Below, piece after piece: positions 13,131 to 25,155 of a DNA stretch of 64,000 nt; within the stretch, counting starts at the first letter, position 1; every line of letters starts with the position of its first letter. The position numbers were made by a program, and so were the translations under genes. Below the pieces are notes generated by a model. That model ran no database searches and was not told where the DNA came from. It saw only the letters and a program-made list of their open reading frames with translations. This stretch comes from Octopus bimaculoides (lineage: Eukaryota), in assembly GCF_001194135.2 (NCBI RefSeq), contig NC_068993.1, forward strand, positions 63,388,935 through 63,452,934, in the 5' to 3' direction.

Positions 13131-14984
13131 GTTGCCTTCATTTGGGTTAGATCTCTTGTCTGTGAATTTCCTCCTTCCTCATATAAGATTTGGAGGCCTT
13201 GAGAAGAGTGAGGACCACTGGCTTTCTTCTTCTTCTATGTTGTTAAGAAAATAAATAAACTGGAAGAGCAGGTCATTGTGGTTGGTTGTGTTATGGTTTA
13301 TTTGGCAGAAAGTCAGCTTGTCGTTTATTTCCATGTTATAAAGGTTTTTATTGTGTTGATAGCCTAGAATGTTTGTCATGTAAATTGTATTGTTCACATT
13401 AGTTTTATTTTTAACATATTGAGAGGTTACCATGTAAAACATTCATTTGACACAATAGTGCTGTTTTCCACTTCTTTGAAGCAGCATTGTGTGAGGTGGG
13501 CTGTCTTTTGAAGATATTTTCAAGTTGCTTTTTAACACACAATGTTCTGATTCTTATTCATAAGCATAAATATTCTCCTGGTCCCTCCACGGTTTCCTGA
13601 CCTTTTCTTCTGAACGTTCACAATCCATCAGGCCAGTTGTCTATATATCATCACTTTCTTAGTGCCATGCTCATATTTAACTTCCAGGTCATAGACTGTT
13701 GTGATATTGGGATTACAGTCCCTCTTGCTTCGGTGCATCTTAGCTGCATTAAATTACTACTTATGGCTTAAGACTTATAAGCATTTCCCATGTGTTTTGA
13801 GAGTGGATAGTCTCAAAATTGAATGTAAACAAAATTTCACTGTTGCAGGTGAAAGTTTTCTCATTCTTGACGCAGAGGTTCCCTTGGCTCATTTATCCTG
13901 GAATAATTGTTATTAGAAATCCAACTCAAAGAGTTTTGAAGTCAGCTCTGCTATGGGCATTTTGCTGAACATCTGAATTGTACATTTTATTCTACATGCC
14001 TCCTAAGTTCATCTCTTCTGCATGCCTTAGTTAATCTTCTCCCTAAGGACAAAAGGTTGACTTAAGTGAGAGTTCTCCTCCTTGTGCACTTGCATATACA
14101 TGTGCAGCCTCTTCAGCATGCTTAACTTGGTGCTGTTTTCTGTGAAATTGGTCTGCATAAGTTCTTTAACCTTCTTTTAATCACATTTACATGTAAGACT
14201 AATCGTAGTAACTCTATAAATTTAATTGTAAATTTGATGAGAAAGGACCGAGGTGGGTGCACCAGAGCTCATCCTTATCTTTCCAAGTTAACATTTCTGT
14301 GCATCCCACTGAACTATTGATTGGTCTGTTAGATCCATCTTTGAGCTCAAATCCAACAATGCTGTTGTTTATGCATGCAGTAACAACAAGAATTAAGTAA
14401 TGGTGGCCATGGCAGCCACTCTTGATGATGCTGCTGTCACTTCTATATAAACACAAGTGTTAGATAAAATTATTCTGTCGAGAACACAAATGTCTGAGTC
14501 AAGAGAGATAAATAACCAGCTGAGTAATTACTGAGGAAAAACAGCCGCTGGATGAGTACAAATGAGTTGTAGAACTCATTGCCATAAATAGTGGCAGCAC
14601 TGTGGAATTCTGTCCCACCTATAAGAAAATGGGACTGCAGCTGGCCAGATTCCTGTCCAGGAGCAGATTTGCCTCACTTCAACTTAACATTAGGAAAACT
14701 AGTGATTGTAACAGTCACACAGATCTTTTAAAAAGGGAATTAGTCTGGAAAGGAATTCCAGATGGTTGATAGTCCTGGAAGGTAGGATTGGAGAAGAGTT
14801 TAGCAGGAATTCTGGGAGGAAGAGAAAAACTGTGCCTGAAGAATCCAATTATTTATTGTACCATCTTGAAATGAAGCAGACCACTGATTTATTCTGTGAT
14901 GCATTCTGAAATATGTATTGAAATCTCAAGTTAAAAATATTGTCTCTACCCATTTATGCTCCAGTAATTATTCCTGTCTGTCTG

Positions 14985-15039
<55 letters not shown>

Positions 15040-16734
15040 GCTGTTCTTCTTATGGGATTCTACTTAAATGTTTGTTTAATTGAACTACTGACCAATTATT
15101 GACAAAACAGTTTTTTCACTTCACCATTTTAGTACAGACCTGAGAGAAAATGTGGTTGAGTGTCTCTAGATAATTTGTTAGCCTGTCAATGTTTATTCAC
15201 TTAGATTCTTTATAGATCTCGGTAATCTTAAGGACTAGCAAGAATTCATGCGTTTGTACTTCATTGAAGAGATTTAATAACACAGAAACGTGTCCAAAAC
15301 AATCACTGTACTTGCCAAATATAAGACTCAATCAGCATTACTTGCTTCGTTCAATTTTTAATTAATTTAGATTTCAGATTTTTTTTGATCACAATCATTA
15401 AAATATTAATAATTATTTGTTTCGGAACTGTAATGGCTGCCGACGAGGGAGGATGTTAGAATGGCAGAAGAGAGGAGAGAGAGCAATCAAATTCCCACCA
15501 CACAAATTGACTGGCACTTATTTTGTAGAGCGCAGGAGGATGAAATAGCCTGGCATGATCTGTTCTTAGAATATCAAAATGGTAACAACAACAACTACAG
15601 TGACCATGATTGTTAACTTTGGTACAAGAGTATGTGTAGTCACTTGGATACGGTTGTAGTTTTCAACATCAGCCGATATGTCTTTGAGACTGAAAATTAT
15701 TACTTTGTTCTGTACACATGAATCTTTGTATGTTTCTAAATATGTAAAGGAGTGCATATTTGCATGCATGCAGATATGTGTGTGCATTGATATGCACATC
15801 TGTTTCTCTGAAAAACAGTCCCCACCATACCCCCCAATCTCATGCCTAATTATACGAAATCCCACTGCTATCCCTTTCTGGGCTGTTTCAACAGAAATAG
15901 CTGCTATTTCTGTTGCAGAAGATTCAGTATTCTCCTAGGGTTTCTGGTGCCCCTGCAACCACCTAACATTTGTTGTGTTTACTTTCTTCAAAAACATTCC
16001 ACGTGAGACAAAAGTGGGGAGAGTTTTTTCTGAATTCAGGTGAGTTGGTTGATGCCTTCACAACCATCGCTATTATTAGCACAACCACCCCTAAGGCAAC
16101 TACCTCTACCACGACTACCAACCCCCCGCTCCACTACTACTTCTATCAACAACAACAACACTTCTATTATTTGGTATCTTAAAAAAGGTCCAGAAATGAG
16201 AGGGACAAGCATTGAGATGCAGGGTTTGGTGTTCGTTCGGTTAAAAATCAGCTGTGAATGAGTCGACTTAGGATCACTGCTGACCATCCCGTCTTCTATT
16301 CAGGCATAGGCCAGGTTTTACCTTTCTTTATTAAGATGGTAGAGGGTGATTTGATGGAGGTTTAGTTGCTCTTTCTAGCAGATGGGAAATCTCATAGAAA
16401 CTCCAGTGTTGGTTATGACTTAACGAGTATTAGGGTGGTGGTTGTTGTGTGGTGTATGATATGATGACATGTAAGGGGATGATGATGGTGGTGGGGTTAG
16501 GGTTAGAAGCGTAATGTGGTTATGATGTTTGTGGTAGCAGTACTCAGCATTCCATTCCACCCTGCCTCCAAAATTGTTAGGTAATTCCTCAGCTGGCTGA
16601 TGAAGAATCCTTGCATTTTTTTAGTTTTTCTTTACTTTTTTGGTGAAGAGTGTTTTTCACCCAACTTATTTTACAGACTTGATAAGCAAAACACATAAAC
16701 ACATTGGTTGTATTTCATTTTCTCTGCGTATAGA

Positions 16735-17101
16735 TACATACATACATACATACATATGTACGTAGGTATGTACATACATGCATATATGTATGTATGTATA
16801 TGTGTGTGTGTGTGTGTGCATGTATGTGTGTATGCATGTGTATATGTGTGTGTTTATGCATGTATATGTGTGTGTATGCATGTATATATGTGTGTGATTG
16901 TATATGCATGTATGTGTGTGTATATATGCATATGTGTGTGTCTGTCTATATGTATGTGTCTATACGTAAATATGTCTTTGTGTATATGCATGTATATATA
17001 TATATGTATATACATGTATGTATATATATATATGTATATGTATGTATATATATGTATGTGTATGTATATGTATGTATATGTGTATGTTTGGTATATGTGT
17101 A
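16735..17101. repeat. Compound (TA/TG/TATG)n microsatellite
   Basis: Direct inspection. Many further (TA)n, (CA)n, (AAT)n and (GAT)n tracts occur throughout the window. Confidence 0.95.
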
Positions 17102-18494
17102 AATAGTTGTGATTACTGAAAATAGAAAGTTATGGAATGGTGGGAGGTTCTAGAAGAAAGTGGAACTATCATTTGGTGGCAGTGTGTGTGTGTGGGGGGG
17201 AGAGAGAGAGATCTTCACAAGTATCATTTTGTTTGAACAATTGTTTATGGTTTCTGAGTCTGTTCTTTGTCCCCCCCCCCAATATATTTAGGTGCATGCA
17301 GCAGGCATAGCTGTGTTGTTGAGAAATTCACTTTGAAACAATGTGATTCCAACTTTGATCTCATTGTTTGGCCCCCTTAGGAATATCTGTAGCATTTTGG
17401 TAGACCAAATGCCATGAATGGAATTCAAGATACAGAAGCTGCAAAATCTGTGTGTGTAATGTGTTTTTGTTGCATCGCTTTGTCACATAAGTTGGCAGTT
17501 TGATAAAGGGACCAATAAAGGAAGCACCTGACTGAATTAAGGACAGGAATTGATAGGGTTTGCTAAACCCTTGAAACCAATGCCCCCTGCATGGCTGCAG
17601 TGTAATATTGAAATCTGCAAAACAATGAAACTGCATATGTTTATGTAAAATTTGAAAGGCTCAATTATAAGGGCTCAATTATTAATATGAATGTTATTTG
17701 TAAGGGGATGACAGTCAAGGTGCTAGATTCCCTTGTTTGAAAACATAAGGACACAGATTGTGCTGTATAGCCAGCTGGAGACGATGTTTCCTAGGGCTAA
17801 ATTGCAGCAACATTCGTCCTAAACCAGGACTGCCAGGTTATGTTGGCAAACAACCTTTACTCCAGTCAAGGCACTATTTAATATTCTAGTAGTAGTGAAA
17901 CTCCAAATGATTTCTTAAAGGAATAAAGGACAAAAATAAGTAAAATTACACACTAGTACCACCAATAATTGTCCAATATATACATCAAAACACACATACT
18001 ACTAAGTAAATGTAATCTTGTAGGTCTTACAGTCACTTTGTTCAATACCAAACTTTTAAAATATTCTGTCTTGCGAAGCTTGCGCATAATCTGACATTTG
18101 CTTTAAAATCAAAAATTCCAGCTTTCTTTCATTTCTTTTGCACATAGATTCAGGTGGTTCCACAAGTTTTCACATTTTCCACCTTCATGATTTCTAAGCA
18201 TCCACTCAGTAAATTACTTCTCCAACTGAAGCCACTTGCAAAATTGACCTTTCCCAGCACAATTTATTATTATTTTTTTTTTTTGCTTTCTCTCCAGTTT
18301 CTTTGCTATCTTTCTCCAGACTCTCACAAGTTTCTCTGAACCACCAAATTCTTGCAGCTACACAGTTAATTGTCATTTCTGCAATTTCAATAACTTTTAG
18401 TTTGAATGTTGCTGGGTGTTTTTGTTTTTCTAGGAATTGTCTTCTCATAAAATGATCGAAAATTTCAATTTCAAAACTATGTAAGGGAGTCTGG

Positions 18495-18497
<3 letters not shown>

Positions 18498-18571
<74 letters not shown>
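18498..18571. repeat. (TG)n microsatellite
   Basis: Uninterrupted TG run. Confidence 0.95.
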
Positions 18572-18572
<1 letters not shown>

Positions 18573-18919
18573 TTTGAAGGTAAAGAGTGTTGGTTGAAGG
18601 TAAACAGTGTGAACGTCAGCCAAAGCCTCAGTTCTATGTTTGGAGATAAATGCAGTCCATTCCATACTATTATCTATAAAGTGATCCAATATTTATGTTC
18701 TTCATATGACTTTTGGACATTAAAATTTCTTTGGAATATCATTTGATCTTGAAATGTCTTGCTACAAACCATTTATATTCTATTGTGAAACTATCTTGAA
18801 ATTTGATAGGATTTCTAACCTACTCTGACTAAAGTTACGTTCATAATTCTGTCTGTCTGTCTATCTGTCTGTCTGTCTGTCTATCTGTCTGTCTGTCTGT
18901 CTCTCTCTCTCTGTCTTCC

Positions 18920-18957
<38 letters not shown>

Positions 18958-18961
18958 CATA

Positions 18962-19103
18962 CAGGAGAACCTCGGTTTTCGAACAACTCTGATCATGAAT
19001 TAATCATGCTTCATATATATCAATATCTATCTATGTGTGTGTGTATATATATAAAGCACGATTTATTCAAGATCAGAGTTGTACGGACACCGAGGTACTA
19101 CTG
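18962..19103. mobile_element. Tc1/mariner (pogo/Tigger-like) MITE, 142 bp
   Basis: 49-bp TIRs 18962-19010 / 19055-19103 with 8 mismatches, starting CAG, flanked by TA at 18960-61 and 19104-05. Confidence 0.8.
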
Positions 19104-19120
19104 TATAAATATAATATATA

Positions 19121-19345
19121 CTTTATTTAAAAGCAGCAGAAATATAACAAAAAAACCGTTACTCTGAGTTTCACGTTCCCGTTCATCGGACAACAAAACT
19201 GTCAGATGAACGGGAGCGTGAAACTCAGAGTAACGGTTTTTTTGTTATATTTCTGCTGCTTTTAAATAAAGCATATTACTCTACCCCTGGTATTTGAGTA
19301 CTCTTTTTTCCACCTTGTTGCACATTTCATGTGCTTACTCCGGTA
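19121..19345. mobile_element. Palindromic non-autonomous element with hammerhead-like motifs (probably Penelope-like-element derived)
   Basis: 67-bp inverted arms 19121-19187 / 19205-19271 with 1 mismatch, then about 74 nt of unique tail ending at (TA)n. Hammerhead-like fold at 19195-19240. Confidence 0.7.
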
Positions 19346-19362
19346 TATATATNNNNNNNNNN

Positions 19363-19396
<34 letters not shown>

Positions 19397-19513
19397 GCCT
19401 CTCTATGTGTCCAATACTAACCTAATTATGGAAAACAGTAAGGCCTTCATTACAGTATTTAGTTTCATCCAACTAGACTGAGCTCAAATAACTATCAGTA
19501 TTATATATTGCTG

Positions 19514-19556
<43 letters not shown>

Positions 19557-19717
19557 ATGTATGTATATATGTATATATATTTCGCTATGCTCAACCACTA
19601 GTAAAACAAAACAAAACAACCTAGTTTTGCACTCAGCCAGAAGACTTTTCTTTTATCTTTTATTGTTAGATACATTACCTTGTGGTGTTTAGTTGCGGCA
19701 CTTTAAATTCATCATCA

Positions 19718-19925
19718 TCATTTAACATTCATTTTCCCTGCTGGCATGGGTTGGATGGTTTGACCACAGTTAGCAAGCTGAAGAGCTGGACCAGGTTCCA
19801 GTCTGTTTTGGACTGGTTTCTGTGATTAGATGCTCTTCCTAACACCAACCACTTTACAGAATGTACTGGGTGCTTTTTTTATATGACACCAGCATGGGTC
19901 CTTTTTTACATGGCACCAGCAAATA
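19718..19925 (-). mobile_element. Older RTE 3' tail copy
   Basis: catcatcatttaac...ggcatgggttggatggtttgac...cttcctaacaccaaccac...gggtgctttt. Confidence 0.65.
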
Positions 19926-20082
19926 AGTTCAAGCCCTGCATTGGTTAACTTTGCTTGTCAGCCTTCTGAGATTAATACAGTAATATACCAGTCATGTAAG
20001 TGGGGTCTATGTAATCAACTAGCTCTCTACCATCTATTCTCAGAATTGATGTTGCTATTATTATCATTGTTATTAGTCCTGC

Positions 20083-20292
20083 AGGAGGCTGGCAGAGTGG
20101 TTAGCACGCCGGGCGAAATGCTTAGCGGTATTTCATCTGCCGCCATGTTCTGAGTTCAAATTCCGCTGAGGTTGACTTTGCTTTTTGTCTTTTTGGGGTC
20201 GATAAAATAAGTACCAGTTGAACACTGGGGTTGATGTAATTGACTCATCCCTACCTCCCCCAAGCTGCCCTTGTGGCAAACATTTGAAATAA
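20083..20292 (+). mobile_element. tRNA-derived SINE, family A (central domain resembling the Meta domain)
   Basis: A box tggcagagtgg, B box gagttcaaatt, central gttgactttgc...ggggtcgataaaataagtaccag. Confidence 0.8.
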
Positions 20293-20377
20293 TTATCATT
20301 GTTATTATTATTGAAGTTGACATCATGTGATGGAAGATTTGGAAAATAGATAAAGGAATTTAAGATTGAAACAAAGA

Positions 20378-20462
<85 letters not shown>

Positions 20463-20563
20463 AAAGAGAAAGATGGGTAATGTCATTTTTGAGACCTAGA
20501 ATATAGTTCATTGTTCTAAATTTAAATGCTTAAAACTGTCCTTCATATTTAAATTGCCTAGAG

Positions 20564-20602
<39 letters not shown>

Positions 20603-21927
20603 TGTTGGTTGACAATAAATGATTATTGTAATTACATGTTGTAATTATAAAACTGCTTAAGGTGTTTTTGATTTCTCATGTCAGAGTGAATGGTGTTTAG
20701 TGTGGATGTGTGTGTGTAATTACCGGTACAGACAGTGGCTGTACATACTCCATTGTTCCTGTCACCACTACTCCCTCTCCACCCTCACTTAATCAAGTGA
20801 ATTGAATTGTGTGTGTGTGTGTTTGTGAAAAGGTTTCAGACAACTTGAAAGTTTGTCTGAAACTCTGTTTACTTAACCATGCTGCTGAATGAAATGGCCT
20901 GTTGTTGTCACCATTCCTGTGAACAAAAATCAGATTTTCTCTTAAGTATGAAAATTAAATTTTTTTTAAAATTAATTCTTAATTTCTTGAAATTATTTCC
21001 TCCTTTTCTTTGTGAGTCACAACAATTGTCTTTGCTTTGTCCAATAAGAAGGGGAATTTCAATTTAAATGTTTCTCTATACTTCATTCGGTGCGTCAACA
21101 TCTCCTTGATCTATGTTGATTCTGGTTGTTTTTTGTTTTTTAAATATGGTAGTTTGTATTGTTCTCAAAGTCAGCTTTCGCTTAGCAGACTTGTGATCAA
21201 AGGTGTTCCATCAGTCATGACCATTCTCTAAAATTTCTTCGGACATAAATTACCTTTTATTTTTAAAACTAGTTTGTAATTGGAAGAAGATTTGCCTACC
21301 ATACCTAGAAGATGAAGCAATCCCATAGAGATTCTCTCTTTTACTTCCAATGGTCTACATGCCTGGTGGCACTGATCGTTAAGTTTTCGTTATTGGTGAC
21401 TCTCTGTTTCAGTTGCCACTGAAACGTACAAGCAATACCTAAGAAAGTTGCGACATAGTTGCTTAACTTGCTAGAAAATAACTGCTAAATCTCCCTCAAA
21501 TCACATCCTACCATCTTAAGAAAGGACATATTGGACAAAATAGTCTTAAATATATAGGATTTGGTTAAAAAAGAAAAGAAAAAAACCCCTCACACGTTTG
21601 ATAGCTATTCTGGGTCAGGGTTGCTATGAGACTAAACAACAGTAACAATTCATGTGGATAATTGCCACAGAATGAACCAACTGCTATACTACACTACCAG
21701 CCAACAAAGGAGCTCGGCATATGCGAGAAATATCAGCATAGACTTTTCCACATCATACCCTAACACTTTAGAAGAAAGCAGATGTTGTATATGGCAGCAC
21801 TTGACTTCCTATGTCCAGTATTCTAAGGAAAAAGTGGGGATGCTCATGGTTGGAATATCCTTGATAACAGGTCTGTTGGATCAGGGCTGTCCTAAATCTG
21901 AACAAAACTGAATAATAAAAGTTTATC

Positions 21928-22382
21928 TATGAACTGACTACTGACCGAGACCTTTGGAAATGTGCTGTGCGTGAGAAGACCCGGCAAGCCAAGTAAGATC
22001 GTTGCCAGTGCCCCTGGACTGGTTCTTGTGCGGGTGGCACATGAGATGCACCATTTTGAGCGTGGCCGTTGCCAGTACCGCCTGACTGGCTCCCGTAGGA
22101 TTTTCGAGCGAGATCGTTGCCAGTGCCCCTGGACTGGCTTGTGCGGGTGGCACATAAAAGACACCATCTCGAGCGTGGCCGTTTTCGTGCGGGTGACACG
22201 TAAAAGCACCCACTACACTCTCTGAGTGGTTGGCATTAGGAAGGGCATCCAGCTGTAGAAACTCTGCCAAATTAGACTGGAGCCTGGTGTTGCCATCCGG
22301 TTTCACCAGTCCTCAGTCAAATCGTCCAACCCATGCTAGCATGGAAAGCGGACGTTAAACGATGATGATGATGATGATGATG
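21928..22382 (+). mobile_element. Young 5'-truncated RTE LINE 3' end with (GAT)n tail
   Basis: ELTTDRDLWKCAVREKTRQAK*, a repeated 3' UTR module, then gcggacgttaaac(gat)n. Confidence 0.85.
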
Positions 22383-23188
22383 TTTGTGAAGGAATGTATT
22401 TTTATGATGATTGACATAGCTGGAAAGACAGTTTATGCAATGGAATTTATTCCTTTCCAAATTGCAAATGAATTCTTAAGATTAGCAGCACTTTGGAGCT
22501 GAGTTAATAGACGTCTGGAATTTGAAGAATTTGAATAGCCAGAGTTATTGCATGTCCTAGTTATTGGTTGAAATCAAGGTATTGACATCTTACCTCACTG
22601 GAACTCTTGAACTTGTCTGCAGAGCTATTCTAATTAGAGAGTCTTTGCTTTTTAAAACCTGTAAGTATGTGTAGGTGTTTATGTCTAATCTTTTGTATAG
22701 ACTTGCGTGGAAAATGGTTTCTACATGTGTTAGGTACTGGTAAGGAAATTGGTATGAGAAAAGTTTTATTACTTTTCCTTTACATTTTACTATTAAAAAA
22801 TAAAATGTAAAGAATTATATTTACCTAATTCAAAAGACAGGATGGTTCTTCATGAATACTTTACAATGCTTGGCTCTAATGAGTTTAGGATAGTCTATAA
22901 GCACTTTGGCATTAAAAGGGTAAGGTCTGGAAACAGAAAGCTTGTGATGGTCTGTGTCAGCAACAATCAGTTCTTGGGATGGTTTGTGGAAGCATTTGAT
23001 AAGTTTAATTGCCATGTGAAGTGAAGAATGTAACATTTCTGGCAGTTGACTTTGTTAAATCTATTCAGTGTTGTTGAAGAGATTGGTGCTAAATATGCAA
23101 TTTGGCAACTCTGCTTCTACAGGAGTGTGCATGACATATCTGATGAGCTAGGGTTGTGAGTCAATCCCAAATGTTGAATTTATTACCT

Positions 23189-23392
23189 CTGGGTGAAATG
23201 CTTAGTGGTATTTTGTCTGTCTTTACTTTCTGAGTTCAAATTCTGCCAAGGACAACTTTGCCTTTCATCCTTTTAGGATTGATAAATTAAGTACCAGTTG
23301 TGTTCTGGGGGTTGATGTAATTGATTGGCCCCCTCCCCCCACCAAAAAAAGAAAACATAAAATTTCGAGCCTTGTGCCTAGAGTAGAAAAGA
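23189..23392 (+). mobile_element. Family-A SINE
   Basis: gaaatgcttagtggtatttt...gagttcaaattctgcc...cctttcatcc...aagtaccagtt. Confidence 0.75.
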
Positions 23393-23742
23393 AGTTCCTT
23401 TGTACTAGAATATTTGTTTTAAGAAAAGCAGCTCAATAATTGACAATTTATTGAGTATTTAAATGCCTTATTTTATCTGCTGCTACATTATTTTATCAAC
23501 ACCAGAGAAGCAAAAGTTGACTCAGACAACAGATGACCTCAAGAGGTAAAGAGACATAACTAAATACTTCAGAATCTTTAGTCCTGCACCATTTCTAGAA
23601 CTTCGTCACAGATCTTATTAATTATAGCTTTATAAACTTCATAGTTCTATACTCTTGTTGCTTAACCTCCTTCCTTCTAAAATTCCTACATTTTGGTTAG
23701 ATGTTATTATTAATGTGTCTCTTTTCTTGTTTCTATTTTTAG

Positions 23743-23805
23743 GCTTCTGGCTTGGAGCTTGATCCACTCTTCTGACGTCATTTGATTCTTTAGAATTTCT
23801 TTAGC
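23743..23805 (+). other. KLHL8: 5' UTR part of the first KLHL8 coding exon
   Basis: Acceptor ctcttttcttgtttctatttttag| at 23742, which implies at least one upstream non-coding exon. Confidence 0.7.
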
Positions 23806-25045
23806 ATGTCTGAGGTGCCTCCGCTTCCAAGACGGAAGGATAGCTTGCCAGCACCAAAAGTGCCTCCAATACCACCTGTGCCGAATCGAAAGAATTACTT
23901 AACAAGTCGTCCCTGCGTGTGGCCAGTTACCCAGCCAACTACTTCAGCTGTGACCATTTCCAGTGGCTGCACTGCCAGCAGCAGCAGCAGCAGCAGCAGC
24001 AGTAACAACAACAACATCAGCAGTAGTATCTGCATCAGCATCAACAACAGCACAACGAGTACCACCACTACCACCACCACCAGCACCTCTACACTCGCTA
24101 CGACTAGCTGTAGTTCTTCAGCCTCTGCTGCCACCAAAATGTCTACAAACCCACAAACATCAGTATCCTCTTCATCGTCAGCATCAATCGATTCCAAAAG
24201 TTCCAGCGAAGCTTCTGAAATCGTCTTCGAGGCTTCAAACCACTGCCAAGAGGGCTTCAAGGCTCTTTTGGATTTCTACAATCGAAAGATATTATGTGAC
24301 TTGGAGATTCGAGTTGGCAAGAAGTCGATATGGTGCCATCGGGTTGTTCTTGCATGTGTCAGTAACTATTTCAAAGGTATGTTTACATCAGACATGGCAG
24401 AGAGCAAGCAGGGTGTCCTGACGATACACGACCTGGATGAGCATTGTCTTCAAGCCCTCATAACGTTTGCATACACCTCTAAGGTGACTCTCACTGTGGA
24501 CAATGTGCAACAGCTTCTCTATGCATCTTCCATTTTGCAAATGGAAGCAGTTGCACAAGCCTGCTGCAAATTTATGCAGAACCATTTGCATCCAACAAAC
24601 TGTGTCGGTGTCAGAAACTTTGCCGAGCAGCATGGCTGTACGGAATTGGTCAAAGTAACAGATGAATACATATTGGAACATTTCCTTGAGGTAGTTGACC
24701 AAGAGGAGTTCTGTAACATGCCCTACAAAGTCATCGACATCATCGTCAGTTCACCGAACCTTAATGTACCTTCTGAAATTCGCGTTTACGAGGGTGTAAT
24801 GAAATGGGTTAAACAAGACTTAATGAAACGGCGATGTTATTTGCCAAAACTGCTTGCACATGTCAAACTGCCCCTTATACCGGTGAGTTACCTTATGGAT
24901 TGTGTTGAAACTGAGGACCTTTTAAAGAAAAGTTTTGAGTGTCGGGACTTTTTGGATGAAGCCAAACATTACCAGATGTCTCACACTAACCTGATCATCG
25001 AGGTGAAGATTACGGAGAGGATGAAACCACGTAAAAGCTATGCAG
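23806..25045 (+). CDS. KLHL8: KLHL8 coding exon 1: Pro-rich and Ser/Thr-rich N-terminus, BTB and BACK domains
   Basis: ATG at 23806 with an in-frame upstream TGA at 23773-23775. The translation contains LCDLEIRVGKKSIWCHRVVLACVSNYFKGMF (BTB), HLHPTNCVGVRNFAEQH (BACK) and CRDFLDEAKHY...KPRKSYAG. Donor GCAG|gtaac at 25045/6, phase 1. Closely follows the remembered vertebrate KLHL8 sequence. Confidence 0.95.
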
Positions 25046-25123
25046 GTAACATTGCTTTGCTTTCCTGGCTTCCCAATTCTAGGACTCTGTGTGTGTGTGT
25101 GTGTGTATGCGTGTGTGTATGTA

Positions 25124-25155
<32 letters not shown>

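Noticed and set aside
13450-14460. Possible very old minus-strand LINE
   Set aside because: Only weak fragments (for example RKPWRD); insufficient to support a call.
15425-15460. ATGGCTGCCGACGAG as a gene start or YY1-like promoter motif
   Set aside because: The frame closes after 8 codons and the motif match is partial.
23895-24719. Antisense and off-frame ORFs over KLHL8 exon 1
   Set aside because: Shadow ORFs of a real coding exon with trinucleotide repeats.
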